Part shown: piece by piece, positions 29,490 to 39,782 of the stretch | Numbering within the stretch: position 1 is the first letter of the stretch | How the letters are laid out: each line of letters opens with the position of its first letter | Source of the DNA: an uncultured archaeon | GTDB taxonomy: Archaea; Asgardarchaeota; Hermodarchaeia; Hermodarchaeales; Hermodarchaeaceae | Reading direction: 5' to 3' | NCBI GenBank assembly: GCA_964347045.1 | Contig: CAYFXC010000004.1 | Coordinates: 65,650-129,649, forward strand | Length of the DNA stretch: 64,000 nucleotides | Position numbers and translations under genes: made by a program | Notes under the pieces: model-generated | What the model was told of the DNA's origin: nothing | What the model saw: the letters and a program-made list of their open reading frames with translations, nothing else | The model's database searches: none

Positions 29490-30461
29490 TTAAATTTCTA
29501 CTAGCAGTTCAAGAACGCGAACCATTTCCTTGTAACGATTACGAACGGTGACTTCGGTTACACGAGCAACGGCTGCAATTTCGCGTTGAGTTCGCCTTTC
29601 ACCTTCTTGGATTGAAGCAATATAAAGTGTCGCTGCAGCCAGACCTGTGGGGTCTTTGCCCGCAGTTATTCCTTGGGCTTTAGCTTTATCGAGAATGTCA
29701 ATGGCTCGACGTTGGACTCGACTTGTTAGATCTAGAGCTTGCGCAAATCGAGGAACAAAGTCGGTTGGTTGTGAAATGGGTACCCGCATATCGAGCTTTC
29801 GAAGAAGAAGCCGATAGCAGCGACCCAGTTCTTTTCGGTTAATCCGACTATGATGAGCAATCTCATCGAGGGTGCGAGGAACTTGTCGAAGTCTACAGCC
29901 GGCATAAACGCACGCCGCAATCATCGCTTCAATGCTTCGTCCACGAATTAAATGGCGTTCAACAGTTCGTCGATATAGAATCGCTGAAGCCTCTTTTACA
30001 GGCCGAGGAACACTGAGTTGACTAGTGATTCGATCGAGTTCACTCATTGCTCGAGCAAGATTTCGATCAATACTGGAATGAACACGAGTACGGATTTGCC
30101 ATTTACGAAGCCGATAGATTTGTGCTCGCAGACCTGGAGCAAGCTTTCGACCATTGGCATCACGATCTCGCCAATCGATGGTGGTGCTTAAACCTTTATC
30201 ATGACGTGTGTAATCAATCGGGGCACCGGTACGGGCTCGCGCATCACGTTCTTCGCTTGTAAATGCCCGCCATTCAGGTCCATGGTCTACCATATGAGAA
30301 TCTAGCACCAGTCCACAACTTGTGCAGATAACTTCACCACGGACAGGATCACGAATCACGTCGGAGGTCCCACAGTCACTACAGTGGACTGCTGCGGCGT
30401 CAGATTGCTCCCGTTGACGCTGGGAGCGAGCAAATGAATCATTATGAATAGGATTTGCCAT
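29490..30461 (-). CDS. tfb: Transcription initiation factor IIB, paralogue 2
   Basis: CSDCG/CTSCG, GPEWRAF, HDKGLSTTIDW, RGRSIE, VTEVTVRNRYKEM. Confidence 0.97.
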   Translation of the reverse strand: MANPIHNDSFARSQRQREQSDAAAVHCSDCGTSDVIRDPVRGEVICTSCGLVLDSHMVDHGPEWRAFTSEERDARARTGAPIDYTRHDKGLSTTIDWRDRDANGRKLAPGLRAQIYRLRKWQIRTRVHSSIDRNLARAMSELDRITSQLSVPRPVKEASAILYRRTVERHLIRGRSIEAMIAACVYAGCRLRQVPRTLDEIAHHSRINRKELGRCYRLLLRKLDMRVPISQPTDFVPRFAQALDLTSRVQRRAIDILDKAKAQGITAGKDPTGLAAATLYIASIQEGERRTQREIAAVARVTEVTVRNRYKEMVRVLELLVEI

Positions 30462-30787
30462 TTATTTTCTACCAATGATTTTGATGTTGCGCGGAGATAT
30501 AGTCTCTCCTAATATACGAATGAACATCCTTTGGGAGGAACTCCGACAGGGATTTGAAACAGACGGAAACTCTTCGAAACTCATGAAAAGAATCCATGGG
30601 AATTGAGAGAGCGAGAGATGGCATATGAAATCGAGGAGTAACCTCGCGCAAAGTGACGAAACTTTTTTAAGGTTCCGAGTAGCGTTTGACACTTCTTTCT
30701 ACTATAAAAATGTTATTAATTTATCCGATTTTTTCGCCAAAACTGCCAAGCACTAATAAGTTCAATGAGAATCAGATCGATGATTTC

Positions 30788-31672
30788 TTAGATTGCTTTT
30801 CCACACGCATTACAAAACTGTGAGCCCCGTATAATAGTAGCATTACAATGAGGACAGCGCGACTGCCCTGCCGGAACTTGTTGTCCCGTCCCCTTTAGGT
30901 GTTTAGTTACTTTTCCTTTTAATGAGGCAATTGCTTGAGCACTAGGTGAACCCTCTTTAGATGGAAGAGGAGGAGAAGGAGCCTCTTCGATGGGATGTGG
31001 AGTCGGAATAGGAGGTGTTGGTGCTTCCGGCATCACTTGAGAAGGATGTCCTGCAGCGCTTTCTACGTCTGGAAAAGCAGGTGCAAGTTCAGCTCCAATT
31101 GATGTTTCAGCAGTGGGTTCAGCAAGAGGTGGAACCTGATCAGCAGGTTCGGGAGCAGTAACCACATACAGATCCGATCGACGGGTTACATACCCACTAA
31201 CTCCAGTAATAAGCAGTCCAATGATGCCAATGAACAATGACCCAACGAGAAATTCAAGAAAAATTGCCAAGATAGATGTTCCGCCCGCTAACTCGCGGAG
31301 ACTTGCCGCATAATTCGAAAGAATCGGCATAAAGGGTACGAACGAATTTACAAATAATTGAAAATCGTTCCAAGCCAAGATAATTGCATCCAAGTACAGA
31401 GGATGAAACTGAATACCACCAATAAGTGTGGCACTGAGTGCGAGAAACGCCATCAGACCCATGTAAAGAATAAAGGAAATTAGTACGAGATGCAGGACAC
31501 GAAGGCGTCCTACTCCTCCGATAATTAGACAAGCCATGATGAATCCCACCGGGATTAACCATGTTCGAATGGATAAGTCAATGAGAATGATCCCTGCAAG
31601 AAGAGTGAACAAAATCATGGTTATTGTTCCAGTAAGGACGGCGAGTAGACTCCGATCCATTGGAAGCACCAA
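30788..31672 (-). CDS. Membrane protein with Pro-rich linker and C-terminal zinc ribbon
   Basis: About 4 TM helices, PE-rich linker, CPHCNA...FCNACG. Confidence 0.8.
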   Translation of the reverse strand: MVLPMDRSLLAVLTGTITMILFTLLAGIILIDLSIRTWLIPVGFIMACLIIGGVGRLRVLHLVLISFILYMGLMAFLALSATLIGGIQFHPLYLDAIILAWNDFQLFVNSFVPFMPILSNYAASLRELAGGTSILAIFLEFLVGSLFIGIIGLLITGVSGYVTRRSDLYVVTAPEPADQVPPLAEPTAETSIGAELAPAFPDVESAAGHPSQVMPEAPTPPIPTPHPIEEAPSPPLPSKEGSPSAQAIASLKGKVTKHLKGTGQQVPAGQSRCPHCNATIIRGSQFCNACGKAI

Positions 31673-31985
31673 TATCTAGTGTTCTCCAAGATTCTTTATA
31701 AGGAGATTGTCAAGCTGTGCAGGTATTGCAAACTTTGGCGAGAATCGTAATACCTAAATATTGGATGGTAGAATGCGCAGATAATCGATTCGATTGTATT
31801 GGAGGTGTATTGCATTATGCCAATCTTAGTATATTTTTCGCATTGGAAACATTCTATCTTTAGTGTAGGTGTAATTGCAGCCTCCAAAGATAGGCTCTAG
31901 TATAACCCGTTTTTTGGGAAAATCATTGGCCAACCCTATCGTTTTAACAACATAGAGAATCGGGCGTTTCAAGCCGGTATTTCTG

Positions 31986-32858
31986 TTGTTCGTGATGATA
32001 GCGGCAAGGCGAATCAAAACAAGAGAAAGAGTTAGAAAAAAAGTGCCCAATGACCCAGCACCATATATCAGTACGCGCAGCCTAGCGCACCGTCAAATGA
32101 GTAAAATTGATGGCCAACGAGGACGATTGGAAGATCTACCAGAAATTACTTTATCCTCGGTCCGAGCGGAAGCTATTGCCACTCAGCTAGCGACCGATGT
32201 TAGTGGAACAATTAGCGCCGGAAAAGAGGCAACTGTTTTTTATGCATTCTGGCACGACTTCCCCCTTGCCTTGAAAGCCTACCGATTTTATGCCACGCCA
32301 CATGCTAAGGGTGGAAAACGAAAAAAAATGGGGGGCGGAAAAACTGGTTTCTCAAAGGACATCATGAGTTACTGGGCAGCCCGTGAATTCTGGATTTTAG
32401 ACCGAGCCTTTCGCGCAGGCGTCAAGGTTCCAACTCCCGCCCGACATATTGATAACATGTTTACAGCTCGCTTCTTAGGAGACAATGGAATTGCTGCACC
32501 ACTCCTGAAGGATGCAACAGTTGAGCATCCACAACGAATCTTTGGTGAAATCATCGAAAGTATCTTTACCCTTTATCGCGTATTCATCATCCACGGCGAT
32601 TTATCAGGATATAATATCCTCTTCTTAAATCAAGAGCCATGGATAATTGACTTCCCCCAAGCAATTGACTTCGCATCGAGACCTGGGCGACATCAGACTC
32701 TGAAAAAAGGTCGTTCAATTCTGTTACGAGATATCACTAATATTACCCGATTCTTCCAAAGCTATGGGATTTCTGCAGATCCAGTTGCACTTTGTGATGA
32801 ATGTATGGACCAAATTGGTGAACATGATCGTTTTGATCCAAAACTCTTTGTGCGCTAG
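31986..32858 (+). CDS. RIO-family (Rio1-like) atypical Ser/Thr kinase
   Basis: ISAGKEATVF, ALKAYR, HGDLSGYNIL, IIDFPQA; true start may be downstream. Confidence 0.9.
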   Translation: MFVMIAARRIKTRERVRKKVPNDPAPYISTRSLAHRQMSKIDGQRGRLEDLPEITLSSVRAEAIATQLATDVSGTISAGKEATVFYAFWHDFPLALKAYRFYATPHAKGGKRKKMGGGKTGFSKDIMSYWAAREFWILDRAFRAGVKVPTPARHIDNMFTARFLGDNGIAAPLLKDATVEHPQRIFGEIIESIFTLYRVFIIHGDLSGYNILFLNQEPWIIDFPQAIDFASRPGRHQTLKKGRSILLRDITNITRFFQSYGISADPVALCDECMDQIGEHDRFDPKLFVR

Positions 32859-33667
32859 CCTGTAATGGTTGTTAGTCGACTAGGATGTGTGTAAACATTC
32901 ATACGTGTACCTCTTACAAACCCGATCAACGTTATGCCTGCAGCATCAGCCAATTCAATCCCTGAATCAACAGCTGCGCTAATTGAAGCCAAAATAGGAA
33001 TTTGAGCTACAGCCACTTTAAGAACTAAATCTGATGTCAATCGACCAGAGGATACAAGAAAGGATGTAGAAAGATCAATTTTCCGTTCAAGCCCTTTTCC
33101 AATAACACGATCCACCGCATTATGACGCCCAATATCCTCAGCATGGACCATTAAGTGCCCATCCTGATCAGCTAAAGCCGCACCATGGGTTCCACCTGTA
33201 GTTTGATACAGTTGCATCGCTTCGCCTAGGCGTAGAATCGCTTTTCGAATAATCGCCGGAGGTATGAAATAAGATGTCTTAACCGCAGGAAGGTCACAAG
33301 CTCGCCAAACCCCAATCGCACTTTCTTCTGGTCCACATATACCGGATACTAATCGAGCTGTAGGCTTTAAATCGGTGACTTTAGTATGAAGGTCGCAGGC
33401 ATCGGCTAGACGCACTTTGGCTAAACGATTCTTCACGATTACTTGTAATACGTCAGAAGGCTGAGAAATGAGCCGTGAGGTGAAGAGTAATCCAATAATC
33501 AATGCACGAGGTTCATCAGGTAATGTGTGGATAATAGCAAAATCTTCCTCACCAAGAGAATCAATCAATAATATCCGTAAACTCATTTCACGGACAACTG
33601 AATCCTGCATTTGCGAACAGCTATCTTGTTCACACCGGGATATGGATACTTTTCGAGTATTTGCCAT
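32855..33667 (-). CDS. fdhD: Formate dehydrogenase accessory sulfurtransferase
   Basis: TGGTHGAAL, EDIGRHNAVDRVIG, SGRLTSD, TLIGFVRG..MNVYTHP.R. Confidence 0.92.
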   Translation of the reverse strand: MANTRKVSISRCEQDSCSQMQDSVVREMSLRILLIDSLGEEDFAIIHTLPDEPRALIIGLLFTSRLISQPSDVLQVIVKNRLAKVRLADACDLHTKVTDLKPTARLVSGICGPEESAIGVWRACDLPAVKTSYFIPPAIIRKAILRLGEAMQLYQTTGGTHGAALADQDGHLMVHAEDIGRHNAVDRVIGKGLERKIDLSTSFLVSSGRLTSDLVLKVAVAQIPILASISAAVDSGIELADAAGITLIGFVRGTRMNVYTHPSRLTTITG

Positions 33668-33900
33668 AGAAATCAGCTCTGTATAAGTAAATTATGTTTA
33701 CGGGGTATCAATAAATAATCACTGATTCGAGCATCTACTAGCCATGAAGTAAATTTTCAAACTTTCTAGCGTTTCATAGTATTTTGGAAGGTCTAGACCT
33801 ATAATTTGAATTCGGAAATTAATACCCCAAAGAGACAGAAAATCACTTAAAGACTCCCTGAACAAAGCTCACTTGCAAATAAGATTTAGGTTGAATCTCT

Positions 33901-35565
33901 ATGAAGCGCGAACCGATTCGAGCCTATCGTGGAACGCAGTTACATTGTAAGAACTGGCAGATCGAAGCCATTCTTCGAATGCTACAAAACAATCTGGATC
34001 CCGATGTTGCAAAAGACTGGGAAAATCTCATAGTGTATGGCGGCACCGGTCAAGCCGCCAGAACCTGGGAGTGTTTTGATAAGATTGTGGAAACTCTGCT
34101 TAAATTAGAACCTAATGAAACGATGCTAATTCAATCAGGAAAACCTGTAGCAGTTTTTAAAACCCACCTAGACGCCCCACGTGCTCTAATTGCCAATTCA
34201 TTGATCGTTCCATTTTGGGCCACGGAAGAGAATTTCCATGAATTGTACAAGAAAGGCCTAACAATGTTCGGACAAATGACTGCAGGTTCATGGATTTATA
34301 TTGCCACTCAAGGAATCCTTCAAGGTACCTTCGAGACCTTTGCCGCAGTTGCAGATCAACACTTTGGAGGAACCCTAAAGGGGAAACTCACTCTTACAGG
34401 TGGCGTGGGGGCAATGGGAGGAGCCCAACCTTTAGCAGTCACCTTCAATGAAGGTGTGATCATCGCAGTTGATGTTGATGAAGCCTCTATCGAAAAACGG
34501 ATACGCGCAGGCTATTGCGAGATGAAGACCGAAAGTCTTGATGAAGCTTTAGCATTAGCAGAAGAAGCTTTGAATAAGAAAACGCCTCGATCTATTGCGC
34601 TTGTCGGAAATACTGCCGAGACCCACCCTGAAATTGTCAAAAGAGGTATCAAAGTGGATGTGGTTACCGATCAGACTGCAGCCCATGACCCCTTGACAGG
34701 TTATTATCCTGCAGGCTACAGTATCGAAGAAGCTGATCGGTTACGTGAAAATGATCCCCAAGACTATATTCGCCATTCAAAAGAATCGATGATTCACCAC
34801 GTCAAAGCAATATTACAGCTTCAAGAGCGGGGAGCGATAGCGTTTGACTATGGGAATAATCTTCGACAACATACACACACTATTTCGTGGGATGAAAAAA
34901 GAAACCACTGGAAATACCCAGGTTTCGTTGAAGCCTATGTGCGTCCACTTTTCTGTGAAGGACGTGGTCCTTTCCGATGGGTCGCTTTATCCGGCGATCC
35001 TGACGATATTTACCGTACCGATGATTTGGTTCTAGAACTATTTCCTGAGAACTATATATTGAAACGATGGATCAAGCTAGCTCACGAAAAAGTCCAATTC
35101 GAAGGACTTCCAGCCCGTGTTTGCTGGCTGGGATATGGTGAACGTGCAAAGTTTGGCAAAGCCCTTAACGATCTAGTTGCCAGTGGGAAACTTAAAGCGC
35201 CAATTGTGATCGGTCGCGACCATCTCGACGCAGGTTCTGTTGCGTCTCCTAACCGCGAAACCGAAGGTATGCGCGATGGAAGTGACGCAATCGCCGATTG
35301 GCCCGTTCTCAATGTACTCATCAATGCAATCGCAGGGGCAACATGGGTTTCATTACACCAAGGAGGAGGTGTTGGAATTCCATATGCAATCTCAGCAGGT
35401 CAAGTCTCGGTCGCAGATGGGACTCCTGAAGCAGAGCAAAGACTCTTACGTGTCTTAACAACAGACCCAGGTATGGGCGTTGCACGTCATGTTGACGCAG
35501 GATATCAAGAAGCAATTAAATTTGCCAAAGAACAGGTTATCAAAATCCCTTTCCTCAACAACTAG
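33901..35565 (+). CDS. hutU: Urocanate hydratase
   Basis: [55 protein letters not shown]. Confidence 0.98.
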   Translation: MKREPIRAYRGTQLHCKNWQIEAILRMLQNNLDPDVAKDWENLIVYGGTGQAARTWECFDKIVETLLKLEPNETMLIQSGKPVAVFKTHLDAPRALIANSLIVPFWATEENFHELYKKGLTMFGQMTAGSWIYIATQGILQGTFETFAAVADQHFGGTLKGKLTLTGGVGAMGGAQPLAVTFNEGVIIAVDVDEASIEKRIRAGYCEMKTESLDEALALAEEALNKKTPRSIALVGNTAETHPEIVKRGIKVDVVTDQTAAHDPLTGYYPAGYSIEEADRLRENDPQDYIRHSKESMIHHVKAILQLQERGAIAFDYGNNLRQHTHTISWDEKRNHWKYPGFVEAYVRPLFCEGRGPFRWVALSGDPDDIYRTDDLVLELFPENYILKRWIKLAHEKVQFEGLPARVCWLGYGERAKFGKALNDLVASGKLKAPIVIGRDHLDAGSVASPNRETEGMRDGSDAIADWPVLNVLINAIAGATWVSLHQGGGVGIPYAISAGQVSVADGTPEAEQRLLRVLTTDPGMGVARHVDAGYQEAIKFAKEQVIKIPFLNN

Positions 35566-35567
35566 GC

Positions 35568-36524
35568 ATGGTGGATATCTTGAAACAAATAGTGGAATGT
35601 GTACCCAATTTTAGTGTAGGCGATGACTCGAAAGCAATCGAGGCCATCGTTGAAGCGATTCGTCAAAGTAAAGGAGTTCACCTCCTCGATTATGAGCACG
35701 ACACCGCATACAATCGCTTGGTCGTGACCTTTTTTGGTGAACCACAAGCCTGCAAAACGGCATTACTCAACGCTGGACGAGTAGCCGTGGAATGCCTTGA
35801 TATGCGAAAACATAAGGGACAACATCCGCGAATCGGTGCATTGGATGTTGCACCTTTTGTTCCTATACGAAATATCACAATCGGAGAATGTATTCAGTTG
35901 GCGAAGGAATTTGGAAAAGCGTTCGCAGAAGAAAACCAAGTACCGGTCTATTTGTATGGAGAGGCGGCTGAAACTCCGGATAAAGGTGATGTTGACTGGA
36001 TTCGAAAAGGGGAATGGGAAGCACTAGAAAAGAACATGCAAGATCCTGAACGTCAACCTGCTTTTGGACCAAATAAACCACATCCAACCGCTGGAGCCAC
36101 AATGACAGGTGCCCGAGAAGTAATGGTTGGCCTTAACATTAATTTGGGAACAACTGATTTACGTATAGCAAAAGCGGTTGCAAAAGCGATACATAAAAAG
36201 AAAGGTGGGCTGGTCCGAATCAAAGCCATGGGCTGTCTTTGGGAAGATAGAGGAATCACCCAAATTGGAATCACCAATACAGATTTTCGAAAATCCCCTC
36301 TTTATCGTCAATTCGAGCTTGTTAAAATTGAAGCCGCCCGATATGGCGTACCCGTTGTTGGTGCAGAGTTTTGTGGTCTTGTTCCCATTCAAGCTATCGT
36401 CGATGTAGCGAATTACTATCTTCGCCTTGAAGGATTTAAGATGGATGATTTACTTGAAGTTGCAATTGACCGAAAACTCGCTGAAATTGATCCAAAGCAC
36501 GCTAGTTCTCTTAGCCACGAGTAG
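35568..36524 (+). CDS. ftcD: Glutamate formiminotransferase (stand-alone FT domain)
   Basis: VECVPNFS, YNRLVVT, H.GQHPRIGALDVAPFVP, HPTAGA...GAR. Confidence 0.93.
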   Translation: MVDILKQIVECVPNFSVGDDSKAIEAIVEAIRQSKGVHLLDYEHDTAYNRLVVTFFGEPQACKTALLNAGRVAVECLDMRKHKGQHPRIGALDVAPFVPIRNITIGECIQLAKEFGKAFAEENQVPVYLYGEAAETPDKGDVDWIRKGEWEALEKNMQDPERQPAFGPNKPHPTAGATMTGAREVMVGLNINLGTTDLRIAKAVAKAIHKKKGGLVRIKAMGCLWEDRGITQIGITNTDFRKSPLYRQFELVKIEAARYGVPVVGAEFCGLVPIQAIVDVANYYLRLEGFKMDDLLEVAIDRKLAEIDPKHASSLSHE

Positions 36525-36582
36525 ACTGGCAAAAGTCGATAAGATGTTGATTTATTAAGCCCAACTTCCTTCAGATGTAGTA

Positions 36583-37854
36583 ATGGAACGCCTAGATCTC
36601 GATCTGATCATTCTGAATGCTAACGAACTCCTGACCTTGAAGGGAGCCAGCCATACCCCAAAACTTGGTCACGATCTCAGAGAGTTAGGAATTATTGAAA
36701 ATGGAGCAGTAGCCATTCGAGGTAACCAAATTCTTGCCGTGGATTCTACCAAGAACATTAAGCGCTTAGTCAAACCAGGGAGTCATCCTCGTATTATCGA
36801 CGCCAAGAACCGAACCGTCCTGCCAGGCTTAATCGATGCCCATGCTCATCTAGCTTTTGCGGGTAGCCGTGAACGCGAATTTGTTCAAAAAATCCAAGGC
36901 AAATCCTACATGGAGATTCTTGAATCCGGTGGTGGCATAAATGTCACAGTAAAAGCTACTCGAAAAGCAAGCAGGAATACTCTTGTACGCCAAGGACAAG
37001 CCACATTGGACCGCATGCTCGAATACGGCACAACCACAGTTGAAGGAAAATCAGGGTATGGCCTTGAACCGAAGCATGAGTACAAGCAGCTTTTAGCAAT
37101 CCGTGACTTGAATCTCATTCATCCCATTGAAATCGTTCCTACCTTTATGGGAGCGCATGTAGTGCCTACTAAACATAAGGAACATCCAGAAAATTATGTA
37201 AACTTAATTATTGAGAAGATGATCCCTACTATTGGAAAAAGAGGTCTAGCTGAATTTTGCGATGTGTTTACAGAAAAAGGCATCTTTGATATTGATCAGT
37301 CCCGTCGTATTCTACTTGCAGGAAAAGCCCATGGACTTGTCCCGAAGATTCATGCGGATGAAATGACAACCTTTGGAGGAGCAGAACTTGCAGCAGAGGT
37401 TGGAGCGATCTCTGCAGATCATCTACTTAAGGTCTCAAAGAAGGGAATTAGATCATTAGCAAAAGAACAGGTTATTGCGGTTCTCTTACCTGCTACCGCA
37501 TTTGTCTTAATGGAAAGAGAATATGCGCCTGCACGTGAACTCATCAATGCTGGAGTACCCGTTGCCATAGCTACAGACTTTAATCCAAACTGCATGACTG
37601 AATCAATGCAGTTGATTATGACGCTAGCTTGCTTGAATATGAGGATGACTCCAGCAGAAGCAATTTCGGCAGCCACTATAAATGCCGCCCATGCCATTAA
37701 CCGCTCACATATCTTAGGAAGTCTTGAACCTAACAAACAAGCCGATATTGTGATTATGGATGTGCCGAATCATGAACATATTCCTTACCATTTTGGTGTG
37801 AATTTGGTGGACAAAGTAATCAAAGCTGGACGGTTGGTCTATTCAGCGTCTTAA
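36583..37854 (+). CDS. hutI: Imidazolonepropionase
   Basis: PGLIDAHAH, GGGI..TV, GTTTVEGKSGYGL, DVFTEKG, HADE, SADHL, ATDFNP. Confidence 0.96.
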   Translation: MERLDLDLIILNANELLTLKGASHTPKLGHDLRELGIIENGAVAIRGNQILAVDSTKNIKRLVKPGSHPRIIDAKNRTVLPGLIDAHAHLAFAGSREREFVQKIQGKSYMEILESGGGINVTVKATRKASRNTLVRQGQATLDRMLEYGTTTVEGKSGYGLEPKHEYKQLLAIRDLNLIHPIEIVPTFMGAHVVPTKHKEHPENYVNLIIEKMIPTIGKRGLAEFCDVFTEKGIFDIDQSRRILLAGKAHGLVPKIHADEMTTFGGAELAAEVGAISADHLLKVSKKGIRSLAKEQVIAVLLPATAFVLMEREYAPARELINAGVPVAIATDFNPNCMTESMQLIMTLACLNMRMTPAEAISAATINAAHAINRSHILGSLEPNKQADIVIMDVPNHEHIPYHFGVNLVDKVIKAGRLVYSAS

Positions 37855-37867
37855 CATTCGTTCGGTG

Positions 37868-39727
37868 TTAGGCAGAAAATTCGGCAGTAAACCCTTTTGT
37901 TGATTTTCCCACTTGCTTTGCCAAGCGACCTTCATGGACTAGTAACCAGAGTTTGTTAATTTCTTGGTGAACGAGTACATCCTGAGTGAGCCGATCGCGT
38001 GGTACGCTATTAGCTTCAATCTTTCGGGGTACGATCTGTCGAACTAATTTGTGGGCTATTTTGGTTCCATTACCCATTTTAACTGGTTTACGCAGTTGGC
38101 GGATGTCTAAACCTTGACTGGCACAAAGCAATTCGATGGCAATGATGTTTTCTACATTGTTTAGGATTTCGCGTGAATGACGAGCGGCTATCGTTCCCAT
38201 ACTAACGTGGTCTTCTTGATTGGCAGAAGTTGGAATGGATCGAACACTCGCAGGGGTACAGAGTTTTTGACTCTCTGCTGCCAATGAGGCCGCGGTAATA
38301 TGAGCAAGTCCAAGCCCATAATAGACGCCATAATTGGAAAGGGCAGGGTGAACAAGAAGAAGAGGTAATCCGTTGCTAAGTTTGTTATCGATTAATCTGG
38401 CAATTCGCCTTTCAGCAATACTTCCTACGCTAGTAATTGCGATGCTCAGACAATCCATTGCGACAGCAATTGGTTGACCGTGAAAGTTACCTCCGGACAG
38501 GAAGGTTTTGTCACTTGGGAAAATGAGCGGGTTGTCAGTGGCTGAGTTAATTTCGATACTTACTATTCGCCTAGCATACTCAATGACATCTCGAGCAGCT
38601 CCAATCACTTGGGGGGTACAACGAAGAGAATAGGCATCTTGAACTCTACGTGTGTTCTGAGCGACCTTTAAAGCAGCCTCGAAAGCATCAGCTGACACTC
38701 CAAGAGTCTCGAAATGCTTTTGGATTTGCTCACGCTTGATTTTTAGAGACTTTGCCGATTTATGAGGCTCTACAAGAATTTGATAGTCAAGAGTAATAAC
38801 AGATTGAATAACCTGATGGAGAATCGATCGAATGGTATCATAATCAGAAACATGAGCGAAGGCATCATGAAAATCAGCCGCGGCCTTCTTTGCATATTGT
38901 GCACGTGTTTGAGAAGTTAAAACTTGTCCGCTATTGTTTAGTAATGCTGCTAGGTTTGCAGCACTATGTTGTTGTCCCGGATGTGGTCGAACTAGGTGAA
39001 TACGCGGATCATATGCATCAAAAACCCCCTCAAGAGCTTCTATGGACATAGCGGCAGCGATTTCAGCAGAGGCAACCAAGTTTTTTGCATCTACCACCGC
39101 TAGTGCAGCAATGGCGGTCATAATCTGGGTTCCGTTGATCAAGGCGATTCCTTCTTTTTGTGCTAGCTCAATGGGTTTGAGACCTGCATGTCTGAGAGCT
39201 TCTGCGCCTGAGAAGATTTCGCCACGGTATTCGGCATGTCCTTCTCCAATTAAAACAAGAACTAAATGGGCCAGTGGAGCTAAATCACCACTTGCCCCCA
39301 CTGAACCTTTCTCAGGAATAATAGGATGGACCCCTTCGTTTAGCAACGCAATAAGTAAATCTAAGGTTTGAGGTTGTATTCCAGAATAACCTTTAGCGAG
39401 CGTATTTGCACGAAGTAATATCGCTGCCCTAACCACTTCCGTTGGTAGGGGATTACCAACGCCAGTTGCATGACTAATGATGAGGCTCCATTGTAATTCA
39501 CTTGATTTCTCAGGAGGGATTATTATTTCGCTAAAAGGACCAAAGCCGGTTGTTACTCCATAAATCACTTCGCCAGATTCAACCCACTCTGAGACTAGAC
39601 GAGCAGCTGTTTCAACTCTCTTCTTTGCTTGAGATCCCAATTTCACGGGTTGGTTGTAACGAGCTACGTTAACTACTTCATCAATTGTTAGTGTATCTCC
39701 TGTCAGAACAATTTTTGAGCGGCTCAT
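37868..39727 (-). CDS. hutH: Histidine ammonia-lyase with a large internal insertion
   Basis: YGVTTGFG, SH.GVG, MIO motif GASGDLAPL, QDAYSLRC, NSATDNP, GGNFHG, NQEDHVSMG. Confidence 0.94.
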   Translation of the reverse strand: MSRSKIVLTGDTLTIDEVVNVARYNQPVKLGSQAKKRVETAARLVSEWVESGEVIYGVTTGFGPFSEIIIPPEKSSELQWSLIISHATGVGNPLPTEVVRAAILLRANTLAKGYSGIQPQTLDLLIALLNEGVHPIIPEKGSVGASGDLAPLAHLVLVLIGEGHAEYRGEIFSGAEALRHAGLKPIELAQKEGIALINGTQIMTAIAALAVVDAKNLVASAEIAAAMSIEALEGVFDAYDPRIHLVRPHPGQQHSAANLAALLNNSGQVLTSQTRAQYAKKAAADFHDAFAHVSDYDTIRSILHQVIQSVITLDYQILVEPHKSAKSLKIKREQIQKHFETLGVSADAFEAALKVAQNTRRVQDAYSLRCTPQVIGAARDVIEYARRIVSIEINSATDNPLIFPSDKTFLSGGNFHGQPIAVAMDCLSIAITSVGSIAERRIARLIDNKLSNGLPLLLVHPALSNYGVYYGLGLAHITAASLAAESQKLCTPASVRSIPTSANQEDHVSMGTIAARHSREILNNVENIIAIELLCASQGLDIRQLRKPVKMGNGTKIAHKLVRQIVPRKIEANSVPRDRLTQDVLVHQEINKLWLLVHEGRLAKQVGKSTKGFTAEFSA

Positions 39728-39782
39728 ATTTTTTCACCAAGATTGAAAGCCCTTTATCGAAAATACAGGTTCTGTTTGTTAA

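Noticed and set aside
38650-38925. Intein in hutH
   Set aside because: No N-terminal Cys/Ser block with a C-terminal His-Asn, and too short and helical
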